A DNA stretch of 59,117 nucleotides, filler included, from Catajapyx aquilonaris (Eukaryota): assembly GCA_000934665.2 (NCBI GenBank). It is 3 parts of 3 records of this genome, joined end to end, with 100 filler letters (N's around TTAATTAATTAA, not from the genome) between each part and the next. Parts side by side here need not be neighbours in the genome. Positions count along the whole stretch, not along the records: positions 1 to 19,624 come from JYFJ02006412.1; positions 19,725 to 39,373 come from JYFJ02006413.1; 1 more part is not named here. One strand, given 5' to 3'. Made by a program: the position numbers and the translations under genes. The notes beneath the pieces are model-generated. The model saw only the letters and a program-made list of their open reading frames with translations. It had not been told where the DNA came from and did no database searches. Of the stretch, positions 12,797 to 24,879 are shown one piece after another. How positions within the stretch are numbered: the stretch's first letter is position 1; each line of letters opens with the position of its first letter.

Positions 12797-13479
12797 CACT
12801 GGCGTATCAAGACTCTTGGGGGCCCTGGGGCAAAAAGGTACGCGGGGCCCCCTCCATAGTAATACGCAGCAGTGGCGGATCCAGGAATTTTTCTGGGGGG
12901 GTGGGGTGNGGGGGGGTGGGGGGTGGGTATATGTTTGGGGGGGGGGGGCGACCAGGGCCCGCCGCAGGCGAAATTTTTTTCGGTTCAAGGTCACAACCCT
13001 TCCTCGCGACCCCAAATTTGGAGTCACGAACGCAAAATTGTACTGTTCTAGAGGGTTTTTGCGAGTTTTCCACCCGTTTTTTTTCTTTTGTTCCTTTTTG
13101 CCCCCCCTAAATCCGCCACTGGTAATACGTAATGATTACGTATAGGCTAACTATTAATGTAATGATTTCGCATTTTCATTGTTTTTGTGCCATACTGATT
13201 ACTGATACTGCGACTGCGAGAGTCTGACAGTGAGATAGTACGAGCTAAGACCCCGAATTGATTGGATCGAACCAGGACCACCTGTCTCTAGGTGGCCCTG
13301 ATCGAACCCGCTTTCTTACGTCTTATAGAATATAGAATATAGGTTATAGACGTTAGGCCTATTATGGATTTGTGGGTTTCCTCAAAATTTTCTAAAACTC
13401 GTCGGAAAATTCGGGGGCCCCTTTGCTCCGGGGCCCTGGGGCAGTCGCCCCACCTGCCCCTATGGTAGATACGCCACTG
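12797..13479. mobile_element. hAT-type MITE inserted in Gypsy integrase
   Basis: Termini CACTGGCGTATC / GATACGCCACTG, GGGGCCC subterminal motifs, 8-bp TSD TATCGAAA (12789-96, 13480-87); removal restores LSYRNNVHASTG. Confidence 0.85.
12867..13121. mobile_element. hAT-type MITE nested within the previous MITE
   Basis: CAGTGGCGGAT / ATCCGCCACTG termini; TSD GTAATACG (12859-66, 13122-29). Confidence 0.8.
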
Positions 13480-15020
13480 TATCGAAACAACGTCCACGCT
13501 TCTACGGGCGTTACCCCATATCAAATGGCTTTCGGTAGGAACGCGAAACTACCAGAGGATCTCTTCCTCCTCCTGGGTCGTTCCGCTGTTGCTGAGTCTT
13601 CGACTGACTATCTGAAACGAATGTCTGCAGACATACATTCACTATTCACCAAAGCCCGCATTAAACTCGATATTGCGAGAGCAAGACAGAAAACCCAATA
13701 CGACAAGAAGGCACCTGGAAAACCATGCCCCGTAGATTCGTGGGTATGGCTGTAGAGGGGTGTCCACCAAAAACTACACAAGCCCTGGTCAGGTCCCTTT
13801 CAAATTTGTCGCAGGCTAGGAGAATCCACCTATGAAATTAGGGACTTATAAACTGGTGAATTTACATTTCAACCGTTTGAAACCCGCTTTCGGGACCTTT
13901 GCTCCTCCTCATCCCTCATCTCCTACACCTACGACACCCGCCACCCCATCAGATTATTTCCAGCCTTCAATGACCACTTTACCGTTTGGGACTCCCGATA
14001 CCACTACCATTACATCCGAAGTCCCTACGAATATTCCATCAATAGTCGACGCCTCTCCTCACACCACTCCGGAACTCACTACTCCTGTAATACACCGCCG
14101 GAGAAGACCTGGGAAGACGATGCTTGGGCGCGACCGAAGTGAAGCAGCTGAGACCCTGTCGTCCGACACTAAGTCACCACCCCGGACTCCTGAGACGACA
14201 CCGCCAGACGAAAGTATCGTCCCGTCAACTGATCCAGAAGCATCCAGCAGCCTAACTCTGCCCACTTCAGAAGCATCCATTACAACAGAAGTTGTGAAGG
14301 GAACCCTGAATCCTGTACCATCAACCGGAGACGTTTCCTCTCCCGTGGTGGAAACAACCGAAGAGACATCGGCTGCTCCAGACGAGACTCCTGGGACGCC
14401 CGATCCACCGACACCGCTTCCAGCACTGCTGACCGACGCTACCAGGAGACCAAGACGTGCCTTGCCCTCGGCCTTGCCCGAAGGCCGAAGGACAACCAAG
14501 TCGGCTGTACCCATTCCACCGAGAATGTTTTATCCAAAACCCCAGGCTCTACACCTGGCGACTACGGACACCACCGCTGGACCTTATCGCCGACCTTTCC
14601 GAGGACGTCCCCCAAGAAATCAAGCACCTGTGACTGTTCGGCCACGGCCCATCAGATACACCGTGACCGACGACGAGGAACCACCGCCGGACCAGAGTGT
14701 CTCAGTATTCTGCTGCGACACGAACTCAGATCCCGACGAAGATTACGTACTTCTCGACCGATGTAAATATCACGCGATATAGTGTGGACATGCAGATTTT
14801 GCATTGTGCTTTCTTTTTTCTAGTATTAAATGGCTGGCCAGCCTCTTTTCTTTCTGTGAAAACTAACCTAGCTAAGTAAGTTACTTTCTTCATTGTGGAT
14901 GCACGTGTATATGTATTATTTTGTTCTCACCAGACTCAAGTGATACAGACCCTTTGACCTCTGGTGATTAGATTCATGTCTACGTCCCTCCGTTTCCACT
15001 GTACGGACTTATAGCTTCAT

Positions 15021-15095
15021 AGGGAGGTGTGTGACCCGCACTTTTTCCCATTGTATACCGTACCCACAGGGCATTCTTTTTTGCTCCTATCTGTA
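15021..15095 (+). mobile_element. Putative polypurine tract and start of the Gypsy 3' LTR
   Basis: AGGGAGG followed by TGTGTGAC about 240 bp after the pol stop; no matching 5' LTR seen in the window. Confidence 0.35.
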
Positions 15096-15871
15096 CACTG
15101 CAAATCATGTGCTGACTATGTGCTATGTCGTAGATAGCACAAGGTGCTCGAGTTAGCACAGGAGTAATAAAGGCCTATTCTCATATCTGCGAATAGTCGA
15201 AAAATCGCGCGTGCGAATCGCAAGGGGTGTTTTCATTTATTGTTGCCAACAATAAATGAAAACACCCCTTGCGATTCGCACGCGCGTGAAAAGCCAAATT
15301 CGGCTCGATTTTTCGACTAATCGCAGATATGAAAATAGGCCTTTAGCACCGACTCAGGACATGCGCGAGACTGTGCTGACTGGATAAATAGTCAGCACAC
15401 GGTGTGCTGAACCAAATACTTCGGCAGCACACCAGTCGGCACATGAAAGTGACATGATAAATCCAGACAGCACAATCCCATCTGCGCATATGATTCATGC
15501 GCTGATCCGCGGGGGAAAACCTCAGGCTTGCCATTGTGTTGGAGTCGGTTGGAGTGCAAGTTGCTCTCATTTCTGCTGCACAGGTGACATTGGTGACACG
15601 GCAAGAAGACGGACTTGCAAATATAGGCTATATACTTGCAAATTCTTTGCTCATTTTTGCAGCACTGCAGGAATGGTGGTGAAGACTCAGGTGGGGGGAG
15701 GCGGAGGAGGGGCTCCGGCAGGTGGGGGGAGGGAGGAGGAGCAGGTATCTTGCGCTGACTGATTCTGTGCTGACACCAAAGTCAGCACAATAGCCAGCAC
15801 AACAGACGGCACAAAAAAGCAAATTTGTGCTGCCTCGGAGTCAGCACATAGCCAGCACATGATTTGCAGTG
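15096..15871. mobile_element. Non-autonomous CACTA-like element
   Basis: TIR CACTGCAAATCATGTGCTG / CAGCACATGATTTGCAGTG, TA flanks, repeated GTGCTG/CAGCAC subterminal motifs. Confidence 0.85.
15170..15343. mobile_element. PIF/Harbinger-like palindromic MITE nested in the CACTA-like element
   Basis: AGGCCTATTCTCATATCTGCGA / TCGCAGATATGAAAATAGGCCT termini, TAA/TTA flanks, almost fully self-complementary. Confidence 0.75.
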
Positions 15872-16169
15872 TAGGCCTAGGCTATAGGGCAAGTCGCATA
15901 TGGATGAAGTTTATGAAGTGTATTTCATTGATGCATATCCGTACCTCTACCACCACTACACACCAGGGCAACACCGGGTTACTTGCAACTTATTGTCGCT
16001 TTGCCAAGCTTCAATCGCATGCAAGTGTCACTCCATTCCAACGACCTCAGTGAACTGTGGAAAATAGAATATGTAAAGGGGGGCCAAATTGAAGGGGGCG
16101 AAAGCTCCGGATGGCATACTGCTTATGCAGGTTCTAGAAACATTCTTCTGTTTTTGTCATTTATCAAAC

Positions 16170-16523
16170 CCCGTGCGAAGAACGGGTACCCCTGGCACAC
16201 TGATGGTTTACGTGCCGCTGATTCTGGGAATAGTGGGAAAAGTCCGAAAACGGCACTTTCTTGAGTCTATATGACTGAAATTTAAGATTTTTCTGGACTG
16301 CGGATATTCTAGCTTACTTTGCCATGTAAATAGGCCGTGCGAAGAACGGGCTCCGCTGCTAGTCTACTTATAAAATGATCGCCTAGATCCCTAGTGCTAG
16401 AACCTCTCTACAATTTCCCATGAAGCGACACAATTTCTTCACCCTGTATTCCAGTACAGTACAGGTTTTACAAATTCCTTTCACTTATCAATTCCCATGC
16501 GAAGAACTGGTACCCTGCTAAGT
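16170..16523 (+). mobile_element. Cluster of three Helitron-like 3' termini
   Basis: CC(G/A)TGCGAAGAAC(G/T)GG hairpin at 16171, 16335 and 16495; the second is followed by ...GCTGCTAG|T, the CTRR-T Helitron end. Confidence 0.6.
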
Positions 16524-18671
16524 AGTAGTTCATATAATCTGGGGGTGTAGTGTAGGGCGTTGATGCAGTGGCAGAATTGGCAACATGCAGTTCCTCCCAA
16601 AACCAAAAGTGAGGAGGAGAGGCGATTTTGGGGAAGAGAATTTTCCACCTTGGTTGGTGGGAGGGTGGGGGTGGTTGGGTTGGGGCGCCTCGATGCGTCC
16701 ATGTGCGTAACTACGCGGAGGAGGGAAGAGGTGCGTAGGGGGTTTGTGGCAAGCTGCTGGGCTGGGGTAGTGTGCTGGGGGCAGGCAGGCTGGACCGAAG
16801 CTCTGGCTGGCTGGAGAGGCAGGGCCGAAGGGGGCCCGAGGGGTCGCTCGGGAGGAAGGAAGGAAGGAAGGAAGGCTGCTGTAACTTATAAGTGAAGAAG
16901 AAGAAGGCTCATTTTTAAGAGAGGCGGGGGTGTGACCGGTACTGGGTTACGCACATGCCGTGCGTGAATGGTGCAGTTGTCACTGCCTGGTTCATACCAC
17001 CCACCCTCACCAGGGAGCTCAGGTGAGCACATCAATATTGATAGCCTTGGTGATGGTTAGTCGCCAATTTGTCAATGGGAACTCCCTCATGGTATTCGAC
17101 CGTAATAGACCTTGCACGTGACACAGTACTGGTAGGCTCTAAGATGATGCCTTCCTGCCTGCCTGTCTCCTGACCAAGTTCGTGTGCCGGGTCTTATATT
17201 CGGATGCAATACCGTAACCCTAACCAAAGCGAATACCAATTGTCATATTCAGGTGGTGTTGGTTAACTAAGTGAAGAAAGCTTCCATTATTGAATAATCG
17301 AGTGTACCACAGGAGATAGTACCGAGACGTGTCAGCACATGACTGATGGGACACTAAAAATACTGGCCGAGTGTGTGATAACTGCAATATATTTTGGTTG
17401 AACCATTCAAGCACATGGCATTGGTTCCGGTTAGAGGTGATGCGGCGTAACTCACTTATTATTGATTCAACCAAAGAATAGTAGCGACGTCACAATGGAC
17501 AACAACGATCGTCAACACGGGAAGTAACAATTGAATGGCTGTGGCCTGACGTCACTGGCTAGTTGCATCAATAATATTGGTACTCATCTGGGTCAACGCC
17601 CGTGTGTTAGGAGTAGACTAATAGGGGTAGTGTGGGATAGTGCTCTTGTGCGAACTAGTATGATTGAGAAGTGGAAGAGTGAATCCAAGGTCTGAGACGC
17701 CATTTTCCTTTCTTTTTTTCCTCCCCCGTCCTCCATCCTCTACTGCCCCCTCCCCAGTCTGCCTGCCATGCCTCAACCTCCCCCTTCCCCTCCCCTACCC
17801 GGCAGCCCCACTCCCACTCTCCTCCCCTGCTTACCTCCCCCCTCCCCTTTTCATCTAAACCCCACCCAGAGCCAGAAATCGCACGCACTTTTCTCCCCCC
17901 TAAATTAACACACACACGCACAGTGACGTGTCACGTAGCGGCAGAAGCCCGGAGACAACAGGCCTGCTCTATGCAAGCTGCTATGTCGCATGTCAGTATT
18001 GTTGAGCCTGTCTCACTTGGCACATGCTGCATAGTGTGGCACATAGTGTGAGCAGTATACATGGGCTAGTGTGCATAGTTGAAGTAGGATGATCACATTG
18101 ATGGCCAGGAGGGGTGTGAAAGTCAAACAAGATAGTGTTGAGCTAGAAGGTGGAAATGTCAAGCAGCCACACACATTATCATTGGGGAATTGTGCATGTG
18201 TGCCCCCAGCAGCCAAGGTCAGACTGGCCATGTGCATGATACTTGCCGGAGTTTGTAGTGGTAAATGAGATGTGTTGATTGCCTATCAAGTGTGATGGTG
18301 CTCAGCTTGACTGCATTGTGCTATGTTCCTCAGTTTGGAAGTATAAACGTGAGTCCGGCCAGGACTGCTGTAACAGTCTGTTGATTATATGATATATATG
18401 GCATCCTAAAAATGTCAGTTTGTGCACCTTTGCATTCAGCAGAGAAAACTTATTTTCCCAGCTGTAAATCGACTTGTTTTTGAATTGCAGTGCTAATCAC
18501 CAAAATTTTTCCCTTCTCTGCATTTTTGTGTTACACACATGGTAGTTATGTGCAAGTCATAAATTCCATAACGCCTGCATATTTGACTAAGAGGAAAACT
18601 ACTTGGAGGCCTAGCGCAGAATTTGAGGAGCTTGGCAAATAAAATTTTTGGACAAAAGTAGTGTGGCAGTG

Positions 18672-18965
18672 CAGTGGCGTCGCTAGGCAGGTGCGGGGGG
18701 TGCGGACCGCACCGGGTGACACCCTCAAAGGGGGTGACACCCAAGTGATTGTTAAAAAATTATTTTCTAATTTTATATCACCTAATACGCTAATAGCACC
18801 GCCACACCGGGTGACACGAGTGACACAGGGACACCCTCAAAGTTGGTGATACCCAATAGATTGTAAAAATTTCTTGCCCATTTTATCCAGGAGTAAGGGG
18901 TGGGGGGATGGGGGGGNCACCACGAGTTGCCGCACCGGGTGACAACAACACTAGCGACGCCACTG
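18672..18965. mobile_element. hAT-type MITE
   Basis: TIR CAGTGGCGTCGCTAG / CTAGCGACGCCACTG; 8-bp TSD TGGCAGTG (18664-71, 18966-73); internal CACCGGGTGAC repeats. Confidence 0.88.
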
Positions 18966-19050
18966 TGGCAGTGTCACTTGAAGCAAATGAATTTGCTTTC
19001 AGATCAGGTGTGTTCCATGCTGGCTGAGCAATGATGAAGGATATCATTAA

Positions 19051-19624
19051 CCCCCTTCGCTACCAGCTAGGCCAAAAACACCTAGTTTTCCGCTTATGCT
19101 ACTCTGAAGATAAATGCAAGATATTTTGGTAATTAGGGAGTTTAGGTGGGCACGGAGTATTGCATTTTAGCGACTCTTTTGGGGTGTTTAAGTGCTTGGG
19201 AAAACTAGTGTTAATTCTCCCGAGTGGCGGAAAAGTAATATCAGCTTACACAACCCGGTGAATCCGAAGTTACAAGCATATTTAAAAAATGTACTACACA
19301 CGACATATTCCCCAACCACCATTGTGTTATGAATGGTTGGTTATACATGTATCGATACTATAGCTGGTTCATTTTTTTGGTCCGCGAGTGAGTCTCGACA
19401 AGATACACGTAGCCTACTGTATATTCCAATGATCCTTTCACGTACCTCATTGCTGGTTGGGCGGGTACACAGACGCAGCGACTAGTAAAAAATTATGCAT
19501 TCTTTCGCGATGATCCTGGTATGCTCATTTGAACATGAATTCAGCCAAGTATCCCGCAAAAGGGGCGTTCAGACGAGGCAACTTGGTTGCAGCAACGTGG
19601 CTGCAACCTGGTTGCATGCACGGT
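19051..19624. mobile_element. Possible piggyBac-like element running into the gap
   Basis: TTAA|CCCCCTTCGCTACC terminus; the other end is not visible. Confidence 0.4.
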
Positions 19625-19724
19625 NNNNNNNNNNNNNNNNNNNNNNNNNNNNNNNNNNNNNNNNNNNNTTAATTAATTAANNNNNNNNNNNNNNNNNNNN
19701 NNNNNNNNNNNNNNNNNNNNNNNN
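19625..19724. other. Assembly gap spacer
   Basis: 44 N + TTAATTAATTAA (stops in all six frames) + 44 N. Confidence 0.97.
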
Positions 19725-20186
19725 TCTATACTTCCAAGCTGGTGCAAGAGTGATTATCTCAATTCTTTAAAGTAGAAACCCCGAATAGTTCTTAGTAGTA
19801 ACTGACACCACATGAGTAGGACAAGTTCTCTTTTTTTTTTGGGGGGGGGGTGCTCTAATGACATGAAATCCTGTGAGCTGAATGTGTTTAGAAGTAATGC
19901 TGTAACTGATATGCAATGTACTCCTCAAGAGCAATTTTGTGATTGCCTTGGATCACACCTGTTCATGTTCATATTTTCAGGACGCAACAAACCTTGCGAA
20001 GTTGCGTTAGTTACGACTATCGTATTTCTCAAATATTTCATGGCTCTGCTGCTATCTGGCTTATTGTAACTTATAAGGCCTGTCTTAAGGCATATTGAGT
20101 TTCAAGTGTATGGAACGCAAAGTTTACAAACAAACGTCCTAAAATATACCGTATGTACCCGTAGCTTTACCAGCACCCCCAACATA

Positions 20187-20213
20187 CCCGGGCAATGCCG
20201 GGTAACCTGCTGG
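20187..20213 (+). mobile_element. Helitron 3'-end remnant in F-box copy 1 intron 1 (second copy at 27749-27775)
   Basis: CCCGGGCAATGCCGGG hairpin followed by TAACCTGCT(G/A)G; the copy-2 version ends in CTAG. Confidence 0.55.
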
Positions 20214-20325
20214 AATGTCTACTATTATCAGCCAATCTTTTTCCCTCGATCTACCGTGTTAACATTTACATGACTACATGATCATGTGTGCTTCTTACAG
20301 TTGTGATCCTCTGATTTTCTTTCAG

Positions 20326-21765
20326 ATTGCTGGTGGGTTGGGTGTCTCAGAGGTGCAGGGGAAGGCACAGGGAAAGTCAGTGGCTGAGGCCAAGATTCGT
20401 GACAAAAAGAAGTCTCGCTTGACGAAGGGAGGCAGCAACCAGGAACATTGCCAAGGAGAAGCAACGGTGAGTGGGGAGGCTAATTACCTTGGTAACTGGG
20501 AGGCTCGCAAATGCTTGTACTTGACATGATATTTGTTTATATATAAGGTACTTGTTTGCAGAGTTAACCAATTTCTTTGCAATTTCAGACCAGCATCAAG
20601 ACCTTTGCCAACCTGACTGATGAGATAAAGGCTAAGGTGTTCTCATACCTGGATGTGAAATTCCTCTACAGGAGCACCCTGGTGTGCAAGGATTGGTTCA
20701 AGGTGGCCAAGGAGTGGCTGGGTCTTAGGAAGAAAGTAATTTTGAGTAGTTTGCAATTGACGCTGGAGGAATCTGTGCAGGTGATCATAAACTACAGGAC
20801 ACATCTGACGTCGGTTACTCTGATGCACTGGAATTTAGAGGATGGTGATTCGCTGTTGGAAGTAGTAGCCCAGAGCCTTCCTCGTCTGAAGCGTCTCAGC
20901 GTTTATCTTATGTTTGTGTCACAGAAGACGCTGGAACTGATTGCACGAGAGTCAGTAAAGGAGGGTCATTATGGTGTGTTAAGTGTCATTCAGCTTATTA
21001 CTTTTATTTTTACGACACAGGTGCAGCGAACTACGGGAAATCTACATAAGGAAGTTCCCCGGGAATGAGGATAACTGCAGGCATCTCCTGGACATTTTTA
21101 CTTCCTGCCGAGAGCTAGAAAAGATAACCATAAATGATGGATGTTTCCCTCCGCCATCAATCCAGGCCACCGGGCGAGACTGGCCGAAACTCACCGATGT
21201 GTCCCTTTACATGGACAATGCTGACAGGGAAGTGGAAGTGCTCAGCTGTACTCTGGGGGCCCAGCTGAGGAAACTCACAGTCCGTAACTTCAAGAATCAG
21301 AAGTCCTTCCTTCTCCTGGCACACTTCCCTCAGCTGGAAGAGCTGGAAATCCATTCCTGCGAGAACTTAACTGATGCTGCCCTGCATGACGGGATTGGGA
21401 GACTGCACAACCTCCGTAGGTTGGACCTGTCAGACTTCCGCTTCTGCACTGCACAGGCTTTATTACAAAGGTTTTTCTCCAAGCCAAACGTTGTGGGTAG
21501 CCTGGAGAAGATCAGCATTTCTGATTGCCCAAAGCTGAACAACAGTTGCATATCAGCCATTGCCGTGAACTGCCCTCTCCTGACTCATTTCCACTTAGTG
21601 AGAAACAACCAGGTCACCAACGACCCTCTCCTTGACCTGGTGATGAGGTGCCGCAATCTCCGGAACCTCCAACTCAAATGGTGCCAGAAGCTGGACCTGA
21701 GCGCGGAGGTCCGGGATGAGCTCCAGGCAGTGAGCAGCAAGCTTCAAATTTATGTATATCCCTGA
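20326..21765 (+). CDS. F-box/LRR-repeat protein (FBXL-like), copy 1; exon 1 lies in the gap
   Basis: Exons 20326-20466, 20589-20950, 21021-21765 with GT-AG sites, in frame (phases 0, 2). F-box LTDEIKAKVFSYLD..STLVCKDW; cysteine-containing LRRs (QLEELEIHSCENLTD, NCPLLTHF, CRNLRNLQLKWCQKL). Confidence 0.88.
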
Positions 21766-22359
21766 TTCCACCTGATTGACGCATCACTCACAGTTGCAAC
21801 GTCACATCCTAAGAGTTTCATGTTGAATTAAATAAGTCCAGCCCTTATGGTGGATGTAATGAGTTTGAAGTGAAACTCATTACCTGTAGGAATTTGAAAT
21901 GTGTAAGAATGGTTCAGTTGTTACAAGATAATCTTAAGGTTAAAAGTAGTCACTAATCTACTTTTTGAAACAGTCAGTTTTCATGGCCAGTATTAATTTC
22001 TTATGCTGTACTTTCCCAACATACTGTTTGTCACTTTTGTTCAACTTGTGCGGGATTGCAGTGCCTTATCCAATTAACTGCCATTTACCGGTGTGGTATC
22101 TGAATCCACATGTTGAATGACCGGCAATAGTTTGTACAACAAATACCCATTTGGCTGTATTGAAAATGCATGCCTGGAATTGTAATTAAAGCAATGTGCG
22201 GTAAGGATTGAAAATGATTAATATGCGGCCAGTTCCCATTCATATATGTATTTATTCATTCATTTATTTCACAGCCCCTTGCTAGGGCAGGGCCCTTTTC
22301 GGGGGGAACAAGACTCCAGTTTGGACGTGAATAAATACACTAGCATGACCAGGGCTAAT

Positions 22360-22760
22360 TCGTGCGACACCGGTTCCCTTCATGTGAGTTTGTACACAGA
22401 CATGCCTCTGCCATTTGGAATTACAGGTTCGCAGGGAAGGCATAGGTCCTACACGGAATCGTAATCCTCGCTTCGAGGAGCGAGTACTGCGGATGTTCCA
22501 GCAGAACCCTTCCACCAGCAGCGTATCGCGTAGTGGGTGCCGACCACGTGACGGTTTGGCGTGTGGTACACAATGACGGCCAATGTCCCTACTGCAGGCA
22601 GAAGGTGCAGCATCTCGTCCAGGCGGACTATCCAGCCAGAGTTGCCTCCTACCAGTGGTTCCTGCAGCAGATAATGGATGCCCCAGGTTTCCCAACCACC
22701 GTCATGTTCAGGCAGATGAGGCATGTTTGACAACATATCCTGAGTACCCCCGGGGTGTTC
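22360..22760 (+). pseudogene. Tc1/mariner-like (DUF4817/Tc3-type) transposase remnant
   Basis: Frameshifted EERVLRMFQQNPSTS, HVTVWRVVH, QKVQHL, QWFLQQ, TTVMF..DEACL; paralogous to 30017-30395. Confidence 0.75.
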
Positions 22761-24879
22761 CAATCTATTCGGGAATCTCTTGTGCAGCATCTCTTGTAAT
22801 GAGTATGTATGATAAATGGGTACATGTGCTTCGTGTTGTGCCTCCCTAATAATACTGAGAATGCAACTCCTATGATGCTTGCCTTATATTAACCTATGTA
22901 ACTAGTGTCACGACTGTCAGACGCCCTGGAGGAGCTCTAATTAGGGCAAGAAAGTAATTATCGCATACAATTTCACGGTTAACTCGAGGGTCAGGGAAAG
23001 GACCCAACCATTTCCCCCCCACCCCGCAGGGGGTTCCCCAAATTGCCCAAATAGGCTCTTTCGCCTCAGCAGGGGGCACATAAACCAGACAAGTAAGCCA
23101 ACAGGGCAATTTAATATTTCTTCCCCTTTTTCTACATGGGACGACTAGCTGTCAATCATTTCTATTTCTACAGACGTTTTAAAAAAAACCAACTCGCTCA
23201 AGCCGGCATGTCTATAGTATATATATTCATTTAGCCATGCCACCGCTTTCCCAACAATATGTGTGTAACAACCGATATAAGTGGACGTAAATTTACCCCC
23301 AGGTGGTGCTTATCGTGACGAAACGGGCACAATTATCTGGCAATTTGTGTCAGAAGATTTTTAAAAGGCAGAATAAAATTCATGACACGAAATGTGAAAT
23401 AAAAGTAGGAAGGAAGAGGAGGCTCCCCTAGAACAATAAATTACTGTGGCAAAACCGATTGATCGTTGTTTGATAAAAGCTATATTCCCTTCTCCAAAAA
23501 CCGCCTAACTGCACGTACGCGCACACACACACACACACACACACAAAAATCCCTTTTCAAACACCGGGCCTGTCCAAATCTGACATGCACTTATTATTCG
23601 GACCCACCGGGAATAACGGTCTGTATATAATTTTAAGTGTAAATCCCCTGCTCTCATAAATATAACCTATATAACGAGCCAAACAGTTACAAATGCTGGT
23701 CACGAAACGCACTGGAAAAGTTTGGGCGCAAAAATTCCTCTGAAACATCCTTCGCCCAGCCAGGGATCAAGTGCAGGTGCGTGAACCCCTCGTCCTGAGG
23801 CCCTCTGAAGTAGACATGCCTCTATTGGAGGGGCAACCTTCCCTTCAACTGGACATATTAGTTCCGTCTTGGTTCACCCAGTCGGAGCTGGTTTTACTCG
23901 AATGTAGGTTCAGTCACGGCAAAGGACTTGCTCTCATCAGTTATTAGCTCTTGGTAATATAGTAGTACAAGAGGATAATTGACGAGGGTCCTAAGAGAAG
24001 CGTAAGTATGAGCGGCTGTGTCCATTTGTCACTAATCACAATTTATTATTCGGAAAAGCGCGCCGCAGGCGAAATTTTTGGGGGGGTTCAAGGTCACACG
24101 AGCTTAGGTGAGATGTGGGAGATTTGAATAGGTGTATATTTGATGAAATTGGTAGCACTTTTTCCAAAAAAATATCATGAATTAGTAATTTATCATGCTA
24201 TTTCAAACTGTCCTGTATATTGTCGCGGTCCGGACAAAATTGCGTCGCGGTCCGGATCCGGACCGCGCGTATATGCATTTAAGTTGCAACTACCTGGCAA
24301 TTTTGGCCCCTCCCATTTTCACCCAACTTTAACTCTTCTTTCGCAGATGGATCGAAGAATTTTGCGTCTAGTTCACGGGCGTATGCCAATAAAAAAGACC
24401 GCCCCGAAGACTTATTCGGTTCACCCAACAATTATTGCGCGCAGCTCGATGGCGCCGAGATTGTGTGATGGCCTCCAGAGCACCTTTTCGGCAAGAAATA
24501 AGGCTCGTCGTGAGGACGGGCATAAGGGGGGCAGGAAGGGGGCAGGTTCAGATACGTCTTAGGTGCCGTCTGAGGAGAGAGATGCCCTTGTCGGAGAGGC
24601 CCCAGTGGGGGGAGAGGGTGATAATGCTGGGGACTACACGAATCACCCGCCATTAACCCCAGGTGCCAGTGTTATCACCTTACAGGTGCTGATGGCGAAC
24701 GAGGCAGTGGATCAGTTTATGCGTAAGTAATCCTCATTGTCACAACGTATAAATTACAATCATTATTCTGACTAATCGTTTTCTCGTCCCCAGTTCTTCC
24801 GCAATAGATGACCGTGCAGCGCTATCCCGTGTTCATCTTCGTGTGTCGGGTGGGTGTGTGTGAGGGTGTGCCTGATCAG

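Larger units (their letters stand above)
9255..14782 (+). pseudogene. Decayed Ty3/Gypsy LTR-retrotransposon pol (RT C-terminus, RNase H, integrase, long C-terminal extension)
   Basis: RT end: LKMKPSKCQF, EIKYLGH, VKEVRSFIGLASYYRRFI. RNase H: YTDASAFGIG, YSSK-LTPTEQNYSVIERE, FRPYIYG, VTDHKAL, GKFARW. Integrase: H2C2 zinc finger YHESMTGAVHYG..CKECITC; core IDLVGPLP, SDRGTKF, YHPQGNGMVERLN; GPF motif KPWSGPFQI..HFNRLKP. RT-RH-IN order is Gypsy-type. Several frameshifts/stops and five nested insertions. Confidence 0.92.

Noticed and set aside
12797..13145. Apparent novel C-terminus on the integrase ORF 12381-13145
   Set aside because: Read-through into nested hAT MITEs; the true integrase resumes at 13480.
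14059..14514. 151-aa antisense ORF
   Set aside because: Shadow of the low-complexity Gypsy extension.
19669..19680. TTAATTAATTAA as a piggyBac target or regulatory palindrome
   Set aside because: It is centred in N runs at both gaps, so it is an assembly linker.
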